Below, one piece after another: positions 1 through 8,428 of a stretch of 64,000 nt of DNA. The DNA is taken from positions 44,392 through 108,391 of the forward strand of contig CAZFDK010000002.1 of the NCBI GenBank assembly GCA_964518305.1, given 5' to 3'. A program made the translations under genes and the position numbers. The DNA comes from an uncultured Gemmatimonadota bacterium (lineage in GTDB: Bacteria > Gemmatimonadota > Gemmatimonadetes > Palauibacterales > Palauibacteraceae). The notes beneath the pieces were generated by a model, which saw only the letters and a list, made by a program, of their open reading frames with translations, did not search any database and had not been told where the DNA came from. The number at the start of each line of letters is the position of its first letter. Positions within the stretch are counted from its first letter, which is position 1.

Positions 1-1464
1 CCGATCACCAGGGACAGCTCGCTGGTCTGGGAGAGCAGCAGGCCCGCGTCGAGCGCCTCCCGCGCCGAGAGGCCGGCTCGCTCCGCCACGGCCGTCACCA
101 GGGGCGGGGTGACGACGACCACCAGGGCGGCCAGCAGCCTGGCCTGCCACAGCTCGGTGGCCGACGGCACCCGGACCAGGGCGCCCAGGCCCGTGAAGAA
201 GAGGGCCGAGAAGAACTCGCCGATGGGCGCGGCCTCGGACCGGACGATCCGGTTCACCGGGAACCGCGCCAGCGCGACGCCCGCCAGGAAGGCGCCCACG
301 ACCATGGGGATCCCCAGCAGCTCCGCCCCCCAGGCGAAGAGAAAGAGCAGTGAGAGGGAGGAGAGGATCAGCATCTCGTTGTCGGCGCGGGCCAGTAGCG
401 GCGCTCCCCACGCCCGGACCCCGGCGCACGCCCCGCCGAGCAGGACCAGGGCGCCGAGCGTCTCGGCCACCGCGCCGCCGGCCGGCCCCAATCGGGTGAC
501 CAGAGGGATAGCCAGGAGCACCAGGACGTCCCGCAGGAGCACCAGGACGTCCTGCAGGAGCAGGACCCCCACATCACCCGGCCGCAGGGCTCGAACACCT
601 CCCGCCGGCGCTCGAGGATCCTCACTCCCACCAGGGTGGAGATGGCGGTGATGGCCAGGGCCAGGTAGCCGGCCTCGACGGGGCTGAATCCGAGGGGCAG
701 GCAGACGCCGAAGCCCAGCCCCGCCAGGGCCAGCGCCTGGACCAGGCCCACGAGGACCGCCGCCCGCCCCCGGTCTCCGATCCGTCCGGGCTCGAGCTCC
801 AGGCCGGCCACGAAGAGGAGGACCGAGACGCCGAGCACGAGCCCGTCCTCCAGCAGGCCCCCGGGAACGGGATGGGGGGCCGACAGCGCCACCCCGGCGG
901 CCAGGCCCAGCAGGGAGATCCCCAGCTGCCGCCCCGGCGACGCCGACTCGCCCCCGGCGCCCATTCCCGCCACCACGGTCAGGGCCAGCGCCACGCCCAC
1001 GTCCTGCACCAGGAGCACGCCGACGGAGAGGCGGCCGTACCGGGTGGCGATGTTCCCGGCCTCCTCCAGCAGCTTCACCACGACGACGGTGCTGCTGAAC
1101 GTCACCGCCAGCCCGACGAAGAGGGACTCCACGGGCGAAAAGCCGAGCCCGAGGGCCAGTCCGCCGCCCAGGAGGAAGGTGGCCGCCATCTGCGCGGAGC
1201 CCACGACCGCGGCGGTTCTCCCCACCTCGCGGATGCAGTCGACGCTCAGCTCCAGGCCCACCAGGAAGAGGAGGAGGGCCACGCCCAGGTGGGCCAGTCC
1301 AGCGACTCCGTGACGGCCAGCAGGCCCGTCACGGGCCCCGAGAGGAGGCCAGCCACCAGGTAGCCCAGGAGTGGAGGCAGCCTGAGCGCGCGGGCGACCG
1401 TGATCGCTCCGGACGGCCCCCAGACCGCGGTTCCCAGGTCGCGGAGCACGCCGAAGTCGAACAT
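1..1464 (-). pseudogene. CPA2-type cation:proton antiporter (Kef/NapA-like). The reading frame is broken twice and the gene runs off the left edge.
   Basis: The N-terminus MFDFGVLRDLG..LLGYLVAGLLSGP starts at the ATG at 1464, in the frame of ORF 1246..1533. It continues as GLAHLGVALLLFLVGLELS only in the frame of ORF 368..1870, with the shift near 1305-1312. It shifts again at the C5 run (566-570) into a third frame (GVLLLQDVLVLL..MVVGAFLAGVALARFP) that stays open to position 1. Confidence 0.6.
513..566. repeat. About 2.5 tandem copies of a 21-bp unit, CAGGAGCACCAGGACGTCC(C/T)G
   Basis: Read directly: 513-533 and 534-554 differ at one base, and 555-566 is a partial third copy. On the minus strand this encodes the duplicated heptapeptide QDVLVLL/RDVLVLL inside the antiporter. 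Confidence 0.85.
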
Positions 1465-1518
1465 GGAGAATGAATATACAGACGGGCCGTCCGGGACACC
1501 GCCGGAGTGGCCTTGCAC

Positions 1519-1560
1519 TATATAGGCTGTCATATATATTGATAATAATTGAAATATATG
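1519..1560. promoter_or_regulatory. AT-rich divergent promoter/operator region between the antiporter and arsR
   Basis: CTATATAGGCTGTCATATATATTGATAATAATTGAAATATATG stands out against the GC-rich background. It has ATATATT/AATATAT inverted arms and ATTGA half-sites related to the palindromes at 9304 and 9714. Confidence 0.4.
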
Positions 1561-1607
1561 GTCGCCACATCCGCGGGGTGTTTCGTGAACGACATGGGAG
1601 AGGAAGC

Positions 1608-1982
1608 GTGAGCGCAGTCGACGCGGTCAGCCGGCAGGACGGGACGCCGGGCCCGGGGAGCGACAGAACCGCGGGCGTGGATGCGGTCTCCGCCCTGAAA
1701 GCACTCGCGCACCCGGCCCGCTGGACCGTCATGGAGCTGCTCCACCGGGGTGGCGGCGAGATCTGCGTGTGCGAGTTCCAAGAGCACCTGGACCTCTCCC
1801 AGCCCACCATCTCCCACCACCTGAAGACGCTCCGGGAGGCGGGACTCATCGAGAGCCAGCGGAAGGGCACTTCGGTCTACCACACGATCCGGCGGGAGGC
1901 CGCCGGGGCGCTGGCCGCCTCGATGGAACGGTGGGCACGCCCCGCCGGGGAGGACGTCCCCGGGGGCGTTCCCCGCGACTGA
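1608..1982 (+). CDS. arsR: ArsR/SmtB-family metalloregulator
   Basis: Motifs ELLHRGGGEICVCEFQEHLDLSQPTISHHLKTLREAGLI (CVC metal site plus winged HTH). GTG start at 1608 in the frame of ORF 1470..1982, preceded by GGGAGAGGAAG. Confidence 0.8.
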   Translation: MSAVDAVSRQDGTPGPGSDRTAGVDAVSALKALAHPARWTVMELLHRGGGEICVCEFQEHLDLSQPTISHHLKTLREAGLIESQRKGTSVYHTIRREAAGALAASMERWARPAGEDVPGGVPRD

Positions 1983-2019
1983 TCGCCACGAGAGTACATA
2001 TCGAAACAGGAACGATACC

Positions 2020-2259
2020 ATGGAGATCGAGATCCTGGGCACCGGCTGTTCGAACTGCCGATCCCTGGAGCAGAGGACCCGTGAGGTCCTGGAGCGGACG
2101 GAAGCGGACGCCACCGTGGAGAAGGTGCAGGAGATGGCCGACATCATGAGCTACGGCGTCATGGGGCTGCCGGCCCTGGTGGTGGACGGCGAGGTGGTGA
2201 TCAGCGGACGCGTGCCCGACGCCTCCGAGCTCAAGACGCTCCTGTCCGCCTCCGGCTGA
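2020..2259 (+). CDS. Small thioredoxin-fold protein (redox-active disulfide protein 2 / TM0996-MTH895 type)
   Basis: 79 aa, MEIEILGTGCSNCRSL with a CxxC motif. It shows the typical pairing with the downstream permease. Confidence 0.7.
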   Translation: MEIEILGTGCSNCRSLEQRTREVLERTEADATVEKVQEMADIMSYGVMGLPALVVDGEVVISGRVPDASELKTLLSASG

Positions 2260-2275
2260 GCGGGGGAGGACGACC

Positions 2276-3244
2276 ATGTGGGAATCGCTGGCCGACCTCT
2301 TCGTCCACGGCCTTTTGGGGCTTGAGGCGGGAGCGCGCTCCACCCAGGCGCTCCACTTCTTCGTCCACGAGGTCCTGAAGATCGGCTTCCTGCTGATCGT
2401 AGTGACTCACTTCATGGGCCTCGTGAACACCCTCCTCCCCGTGGAGCGGGTGCGGGAGATCATCGCCTCGGGGCGACTCCGGGGCGGGGAGCACCTGGCG
2501 GCCTCGGGGTTCGGGGCGGTGACGCCCTTCTGCAGCTGCTCCTCCATCCCCCTGTTCATCGGCTTCCTGCAGGGCGGCATCCCCCTGGGGGTGACCTTCT
2601 CCTTTCTCATCACTTCGCCCCTGGTGAACGAGGTGGCCCTGGCCATCTTCCTGGGCAGCTTCGGCTGGAAGGTTACTCTTCTATACGCCGCCTCCGGCAT
2701 CCTGCTGGGGACCGTGCTCGGGGCGATGCTGGGACGGCTCGATCTGGAGCCCTACGTGGAGGAGTGGGTCCGGGAGGCGGCGGACCCGTCCGGGGCGGAG
2801 GAGGCGGCATCGGACGGCGAGCGGCCGGCGTGGCCGGTCCTCCTCCGCCGAATCTCCCGCGATGCCATGGAGATTACCACCGGCGTGGCGCCCTACGTGG
2901 TGGCCGGGGTGGCGGTGGGCGCGGCGGTCCACGGATGGGTCCCGGCGGGCATGTTCGACGCCTGGCTGGGCGACGGAAATCCGCTGGCGGTCCCGGTCGC
3001 CGTGGCCGCCGCCGTCCCCATGTACGCCGGCGCCTCCGGCGTCATTCCCATCATCGAGGCCCTGGTGGCCAAGGGCATCCCGCTGGGCACCGCCCTGGCC
3101 TTCATGATGGCGGTGGTAGGGCTCTCCCTCCCCGAGGCCATGATGCTCAAGAAGGTGATGCGGCCCCGGCTGCTGGCCACCTTCTTTGGGAGCGTCGCCA
3201 TCTGCATCGTTCTCGTGGGATACGGGTTCAACCTCGTGTTCTGA
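2276..3244 (+). CDS. arsP: ArsP-like permease (DUF318-type putative organoarsenical efflux permease)
   Basis: 322-aa polytopic membrane protein with the TPFCSCSSIPLF vicinal-Cys motif. It lies downstream of arsR and the thioredoxin-like gene. Confidence 0.6.
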   Translation: MWESLADLFVHGLLGLEAGARSTQALHFFVHEVLKIGFLLIVVTHFMGLVNTLLPVERVREIIASGRLRGGEHLAASGFGAVTPFCSCSSIPLFIGFLQGGIPLGVTFSFLITSPLVNEVALAIFLGSFGWKVTLLYAASGILLGTVLGAMLGRLDLEPYVEEWVREAADPSGAEEAASDGERPAWPVLLRRISRDAMEITTGVAPYVVAGVAVGAAVHGWVPAGMFDAWLGDGNPLAVPVAVAAAVPMYAGASGVIPIIEALVAKGIPLGTALAFMMAVVGLSLPEAMMLKKVMRPRLLATFFGSVAICIVLVGYGFNLVF

Positions 3245-3276
3245 GGCGTCGGCGGCGCGCTGCGCCGGGGCTCCGG

Positions 3277-3708
3277 CTACTGGATCGACGCCATCTTTAC
3301 CAGCTCGCCCTCCAGCTCGCAGGCTTCGGCCAGCGTGTTGGTGATCGTCCCGTATTTTCGGATGTTCTTGTGCAGCAACTCGACGCGCTCGTCGGGCTCC
3401 TCGGAGACGATCTCGATGCGATACCGGATGTGGGTGAACTTCGGCGGCCTGTCCTGCCGTTCTCCCGCCACCTCGATCCTCGCTTCCTCGTACTCGAAGG
3501 GGAGCATCTCGGAGTAGCGCTCGACGTTCTTGAGCGCGCAGGCCGCGAAGGCCGTCAGCAGCAGCTCCGCTGGGCCGGGCAGGGCCTCGTTCATTCCGAA
3601 CGAGGCGTCGAACGGAATCTCCTCTTGCCTGGGGTGCGCGGTGGCCTCACCGCCCCTCGCCGATCGGGCGGTCAGCGTGTAGGTCGTCGGGGCGTCGCTC
3701 ATGGGCAC
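3277..3708 (-). CDS. OsmC/Ohr-family peroxiredoxin-like protein
   Basis: 143 aa with AELLLTAFAACALKNV and a C-terminal ..NTLAEACELEG.. Cys pair typical of OsmC. Confidence 0.6.
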   Translation of the reverse strand: MPMSDAPTTYTLTARSARGGEATAHPRQEEIPFDASFGMNEALPGPAELLLTAFAACALKNVERYSEMLPFEYEEARIEVAGERQDRPPKFTHIRYRIEIVSEEPDERVELLHKNIRKYGTITNTLAEACELEGELVKMASIQ

Positions 3709-3711
3709 TCC

Positions 3712-4605
3712 TCAGGGTTCGGACTTCTCGTCGGCCACCACCGGCTTCTCACTCCCCCCTGTAGGGGCGGCGCCCCCCGGCACCATGAGCACGGACCGCT
3801 CGCCGTGCTTGGCGAGGTTCCCCGCGGTGCTGCCGATCAGTTTCTCCTCGAGGTAGCCGCGGCCGTGCTTGCCCACGATCAGCAGGGTGCTTTCCTCTTC
3901 TTCGGCCACCCGGACGATGGCCGACGACGCCCGCTCGCTCTGCTCGACCCGGACGGTGACCGGGCAGGCCGCTTTCTCGGACAGCGTCTCCAGGTTGGAA
4001 CGGGCGTGCTCGGCCGTGATCGCGCTCTCCCCCGTGTCCCGCACCGTCATGAAGACGGCCGATTCGGCGTGCTCGGACAGGGACGCGGCGGCCTCCTCGG
4101 CCCCGTTCGCCGAGGCCGAGAAGTCGGTGGCCAGGAGCGGGCGCGCGAACTTGTCCGTACAGACCGTGGCGCAGCGGGCCGGGCCGTCGTCGGAGGGCTC
4201 GATGCGGTCCAGCAGAACCGGCGTGGACGTGGTGCGCAGCACCTCGGCGGCGGTCGAACCGACGAGCAGTCGCTCCAGCAGGTTGTGCCCGCGGGAGGCC
4301 AGCAGGATCAGGTCGGCCTCCTCGCTCCGTGCGCAGCGGACGATCTCGTCGGGCGGACGACCGGCCTCGATCCGGGTGTCGACGGTGAACCCCTGGATCC
4401 GCAGCTCCTCCGCGTGCTCGACCAGCATCGTCTCGTACATCTCCCGGTGCTCGACGGGCGGGCGGCGGTCGTACCGCACCTCCAGCACGTGGAGGAGCGT
4501 GACGCTCTCCATACCCACCGTCCGGAAATCCTCCAGACATTCGAGCAACGGAGCGGTGGCAGGGGAGAAGTCAACGGCGGTCAGGACCTTCTTCAACTCG
4601 AGCAT
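3712..4605 (-). CDS. Tandem universal stress protein (two UspA domains)
   Basis: Two repeats each end in GS(T/A)A motifs (LLVGSTAAEVLRTTSTPVLL and KLIGSTAGNLAKHGERSVLMVP). Confidence 0.75.
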   Translation of the reverse strand: MLELKKVLTAVDFSPATAPLLECLEDFRTVGMESVTLLHVLEVRYDRRPPVEHREMYETMLVEHAEELRIQGFTVDTRIEAGRPPDEIVRCARSEEADLILLASRGHNLLERLLVGSTAAEVLRTTSTPVLLDRIEPSDDGPARCATVCTDKFARPLLATDFSASANGAEEAAASLSEHAESAVFMTVRDTGESAITAEHARSNLETLSEKAACPVTVRVEQSERASSAIVRVAEEEESTLLIVGKHGRGYLEEKLIGSTAGNLAKHGERSVLMVPGGAAPTGGSEKPVVADEKSEP

Positions 4606-4639
4606 GTCGACAGTCCCGGTGAAGTCGAAGAGGAAACGA

Positions 4640-4948
4640 TCACATGCGGGAGGGAGCGCCCTCGACGTAGAGGGATCGCCAGGTCAGCAGCCGGTCGAGA
4701 CCCACGCGCATCGGTGCGGCACCCGGTCCTGCGAACTCGCGGGCCACGAACACGGTGACGCCCTGTCGCTCCACCTCCAGGAAGTCCGCCGGGTTCGCCG
4801 GGGGGGCGGTGTCGACCACGGCCATGTCGACGGTCCCGCCGCAGCAGCCGTGGCGAGGGCTCGTCCGAATCGTGATCACGCCGCCCTCGCGGCGGGCATG
4901 GGCGGCGGCCTCGTCGTCGAGGATGACCGTCGGCCGGGCGTCGCTCAT
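4640..4948 (-). CDS. Small conserved protein with a vicinal-Cys HGCCGG motif (possibly the CC/Se-motif (seleno)protein family; HesB-like size)
   Basis: 102 aa, VITIRTSPRHGCCGGTVDMAVVD. It lies between acr3 and USP in the ars operon. Confidence 0.45.
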   Translation of the reverse strand: MSDARPTVILDDEAAAHARREGGVITIRTSPRHGCCGGTVDMAVVDTAPPANPADFLEVERQGVTVFVAREFAGPGAAPMRVGLDRLLTWRSLYVEGAPSRM

Positions 4949-4979
4949 GCTCGTGTCCCCGCTTCGAGTCCAGGGTCCG

Positions 4980-6137
4980 TCACGCCGTGGCCGTCCGCGC
5001 TTCGAACCGCGGCCGCGTGGCGTTGGCGATCCGCACGAGCGTCAGCATCAGCGGCACCTCCACGAGCACGCCCACCACGGTGGCCAGCGCCGCGCCCGAG
5101 GTCACGCCGAACATGGCGATGGCCGCCGCCACGGCGAGCTCGAAGAAGTTGCTGGCCCCGATCATGCCGGCCGGCGCCGCCACGTCGTGCGGCACCCGCC
5201 AGGCGTAGGCCCAGCCGTACGCCAGCCCGAAGATGAAGAAGGTCTGGATCACCAGCGGCACCGCGATGAGCACGATGTGGAACGGGTTGCTCAGGATCAC
5301 CTCGCCCTGAAAGGAGAACAGGAGCACCAGCGTGGCCAGGAGCGCCACGATGGTGACCGGGCCCAGGCGCGGCAGGAACACGTTGTCGAACCACGCCGCC
5401 CCTTTCCTCCGGATGAGGACGGTCCGTGTCAGGTAGCCGGCGACCAGGGGAATGACGATGTAGAGGCCCACCGACAGCAGCAGCGTGTTCCACGGCACGA
5501 CCACGTCGCTGATGCCCAGCAGCAAGGCGACGATGGGCGCGAAGGCCACCAGCAGTACGAGGTCGTTGATCGAGACCTGCACGAGCGTGTAGGCCGGATC
5601 GCCGTCGGTCAGGTAGCTCCACACGAAGACCATCGCCGTGCACGGCGCCGCCCCGAGAAGGATGGCGCCGGCCACGTACTCGCTGGCGAGCCCCGGCTCG
5701 ATGAACGGCGCGAAGATCACCTTCAGGAAGAGCCAAGCGAAGGCGAACATCGTGAACGGCTTGACGAGCCAGTTGGCCACCAGGGTCACCGTGATCCCCT
5801 TCGGGTGACGACGCACGCCCAGCACGCTCTCGAAGTCGACCTGCACCATCATCGGGTAGATCATGGCCCAGATGAGCACGGCGATGGGCAGGTTGACCTG
5901 CGCGATCTCCATCTCGCCCAGCACGTTCGGTACGACCGGGATGATCTGTCCGAGCGCGACGCCGGCAGCGATGCAGAGGGCCACCCACAGGCTCAGGTAC
6001 CGCTCGAAGAAGCCGAGTCCCTCCTGGCTCTTCTCACCGGCCGCCTCGAGGGCGGCGGCGTCCTCCGGGCGAGCCTCGCTGGATCGGGACTCCCCGGCCG
6101 TGGCGGCCTGTTCTCGCTGGGGTGAAGGATCGGACAT
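4980..6137 (-). CDS. acr3: ACR3-family arsenite efflux transporter
   Basis: FFERYLSLWVALCIAAGVALG..VNLPIAVLIWAMIYPMM..AAPCTAMVFVWS are typical ACR3 motifs. About 40 aa of acidic N-terminal extension. Confidence 0.85.
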   Translation of the reverse strand: MSDPSPQREQAATAGESRSSEARPEDAAALEAAGEKSQEGLGFFERYLSLWVALCIAAGVALGQIIPVVPNVLGEMEIAQVNLPIAVLIWAMIYPMMVQVDFESVLGVRRHPKGITVTLVANWLVKPFTMFAFAWLFLKVIFAPFIEPGLASEYVAGAILLGAAPCTAMVFVWSYLTDGDPAYTLVQVSINDLVLLVAFAPIVALLLGISDVVVPWNTLLLSVGLYIVIPLVAGYLTRTVLIRRKGAAWFDNVFLPRLGPVTIVALLATLVLLFSFQGEVILSNPFHIVLIAVPLVIQTFFIFGLAYGWAYAWRVPHDVAAPAGMIGASNFFELAVAAAIAMFGVTSGAALATVVGVLVEVPLMLTLVRIANATRPRFEARTATA

Positions 6138-6221
6138 GGGCTGGGACTCCTGACGTCGCTGTTCGCGGTCGTGAGATTCGTGTTCTGGAGATGTGGGAGC
6201 CGGTCGCGGCCCGACGAGTCC

Positions 6222-7586
6222 TCAGGCGTGGACGGGCCCGGCGCGGCTCCTTCCGGCAGCGAACGCACGGAGACGCTCCGGCCCCACCGGCTCCTTCGGC
6301 ATCCAGGGGGCGAGCGCGACCCGCTCGGCGTGCTCCCCGCGCACGGCCTCGATCTCCGGCACCTCGCGGTGGGCGCGCTCCACCAGCAGCGGATCCGACG
6401 GTCCCGCCGCGGCGAGGCTCTGGTTGACGACCCACGCGTAGGGCGTGATGCCGGCCCGCCCCACGGCGTCCGTGACGTGGGCCGCCGGGTCGGTGGTGCT
6501 GAGCAGCACGTCCTCTCCCCGCGAGGCCAGCTCGACCGCCACGGAGGCGGCCACCGTCGTCTTGCCCACGCCTCCCTTCCCCATCACTGTGATCAGCCCG
6601 CGGCCCTCGTCCGCGAAGCCGTCGACCAGGTCGCGGAGGCTCGGAAGGTCGATCCCGGGCGGCCCCTCCGGGCGCCTCGCCGCGGTGGACTCCGGCTCCC
6701 GCTCCTCCGAGAGCAGGCTCCGGAGCGCGTCGAGTCCCACGAGGTCGTATCCCTTCAGGGGGACCGTCTCGCGTGGAAGGTCGGCCAGGACGTCCGGCAT
6801 CGCGTCAAGGGCCTCCTCCCCCCGCCGATCCATCGCCCGGGCCAGAGGGTCGGCGGGGTCCCGCGACCGGAAGACGCCGTTGACGACGAGCCGCTGATTC
6901 GTAATGTCCAGGTCGCTCAGCGCGCGGCTCGACCGCGCCGCCTCTTCCAGCGCCGCCCCCTCCGGACGACTGACCAGCACGAGGGTCGTCCGCCCCCCGT
7001 CCCGCAGCGCCTCCACGGCGGCCGTGTACCGCTCCCTGTGGGCCTCGAGGCCCGACGCCGGGCCGAGGCAGGACACTCCCTCCGGGTTCTCCTCGATGTA
7101 GTCGCTCCAGGCCGCGGGCAGCTCCAGAAGACGGAGCGTGTGGCCCGTCGGGGCGGTGTCGAACACGACGTGGTCGAACGCCGCGGCGGAGCCCGCGTCG
7201 GCCAGGAACCGGGTGAACTTGTCGAAGGACGCCACCTCGGTCGTGCAGGCCCCGGAGAGCTGCTCCTCCACCTGCTCCACCGCGTCGTCGGGGAGAACAC
7301 CCATCATCGGATCGAGCACGCGCTCGCGGTACTCGTCCGCCGCCTCCTCGGGGTCGATGTTGACGGCCGAGAGGTTCGGCACGCTCTCCACGGGCGCCGC
7401 CTCGCTCCCCACGGGCGCCTCGAGCACCTGCTCGAGGTTGGAGGCCGGATCGGTGCTCACGAGCAGCACCGGGCGGCCCGCGTCGGCCAGGTGCACGGCC
7501 GAGGCGCAGGCCAGCGACGTCTTCCCGACGCCGCCCTTCCCGGTGAAGAAGAGGTACCGTGTCGGCTCGTTCAAAAAGGAGAGCAT
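6222..7586 (-). CDS. arsA: ArsA arsenite-stimulated ATPase with an internally truncated second half
   Basis: MLSFLNEPTRYLFFTGKGGVGKTS..DTAPTGHTLRLLELP (A1 complete). The A2 P-loop VMGKGGVGKTTVAASVA..STTDPAAHV joins directly to RAGITPYAWVVNQSL. The protein is 454 aa, against about 580 expected. ATG at 7586. Confidence 0.8.
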   Translation of the reverse strand: MLSFLNEPTRYLFFTGKGGVGKTSLACASAVHLADAGRPVLLVSTDPASNLEQVLEAPVGSEAAPVESVPNLSAVNIDPEEAADEYRERVLDPMMGVLPDDAVEQVEEQLSGACTTEVASFDKFTRFLADAGSAAAFDHVVFDTAPTGHTLRLLELPAAWSDYIEENPEGVSCLGPASGLEAHRERYTAAVEALRDGGRTTLVLVSRPEGAALEEAARSSRALSDLDITNQRLVVNGVFRSRDPADPLARAMDRRGEEALDAMPDVLADLPRETVPLKGYDLVGLDALRSLLSEEREPESTAARRPEGPPGIDLPSLRDLVDGFADEGRGLITVMGKGGVGKTTVAASVAVELASRGEDVLLSTTDPAAHVTDAVGRAGITPYAWVVNQSLAAAGPSDPLLVERAHREVPEIEAVRGEHAERVALAPWMPKEPVGPERLRAFAAGRSRAGPVHA

Positions 7587-7618
7587 GGGCTCTTCCTCCT
7601 CATCGTCGACGGACACGC

Positions 7619-8428
7619 TCACGCTCCGCCCTTCCTGAGCTGGTCGGCGAAGGCGTCGGGGAGATCGCTCTCCTCGATCCCGCGGGCCGCCCGCTCCACG
7701 TCGTACTCCACGCGGACGTGCTCCACGCCCCAGCCGTTTGCGTTCCCCGCCCCGGTCTCCTTTTGGGTGCCGGGCGCCTCCAGCAGCACGTAGCACGCGC
7801 GGGGATCCCCGTCCTTCGGGCGCCCCACGGACCCGGCGTTCACGAAGCGCATACCGTCGACCACCCGCGACCACGGAACGTGGGTGTGCCCGAAGAGGAT
7901 CGCGTCCCCCTCGGTCAGGCCCGCCCGCTCCGCCATATCGCGACAGAAGTCGTCCGACCGGTCCTCCGTCCAGTACAGCGTGTTGCGGGTGGGAGCCCCG
8001 TGCACCAGCGCCAGCCGGGGACCGGCGGTGTGTCCGCCGAAGGGCTTCAGATCGATCCGGAACGGGAGCCCCGCCAGCCGGCGGCGCGTCTCCGCGGAGA
8101 CGTGTTCCCGGGTCCAACCGTAGCTCTCACCCGAGAGGGCCTGCTGCTCGGGGTCGTCGTAGCGGCAGCCGCAGTGGTCGTGGCCCGTGGCCACCGTGGA
8201 GTCGTAGTTTCCGGCGATGCCGGGGACGCCCCGCTCCTCCAGCAGCGCCACGACCCGGTCCGGCCACGGCGCGTAGCCCACCAGGTCGCCCAGGTGGTAG
8301 GCGGCCGTCACCCCGCGCTCCTCCACATCGGCCAGCACCGCCTCCAGCGCCGGCAGGTTCGCGTGGACGTCCGAGATCAGCGCGTAGCGGACGGGCCCTC
8401 CCCCGTCGCGATCGTGGGAAGCCGCCAT
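7619..8428 (-). CDS. Metallophosphoesterase (YfcE/MJ0936-like)
   Basis: ALISDVHANL..HLGDLVGY..GNYD..LFGHTHVP motifs. The ATG at 8428 overlaps the arsM stop (ATGA). Confidence 0.7.
   Translation of the reverse strand: MAASHDRDGGGPVRYALISDVHANLPALEAVLADVEERGVTAAYHLGDLVGYAPWPDRVVALLEERGVPGIAGNYDSTVATGHDHCGCRYDDPEQQALSGESYGWTREHVSAETRRRLAGLPFRIDLKPFGGHTAGPRLALVHGAPTRNTLYWTEDRSDDFCRDMAERAGLTEGDAILFGHTHVPWSRVVDGMRFVNAGSVGRPKDGDPRACYVLLEAPGTQKETGAGNANGWGVEHVRVEYDVERAARGIEESDLPDAFADQLRKGGA

Noticed and set aside
2764-4758. 664-aa plus-strand ORF overlapping arsP, OsmC and USP
   Set aside because: The translation is Gly/Arg/Pro-rich. It runs out of frame through arsP and antisense to the OsmC and USP genes, which have clear family motifs.
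6222-8117. Full 631-aa version of the ArsA ORF, and similar long N-terminal extensions on ORFs 7619..9055, 20723..22606, 22312..23517, 29508..32117 and 32355..35777
   Set aside because: The extensions are Arg/Gly-rich and overlap the upstream genes. Internal starts with an RBS, or with stop/start overlaps, give proteins that begin at canonical family N-termini.
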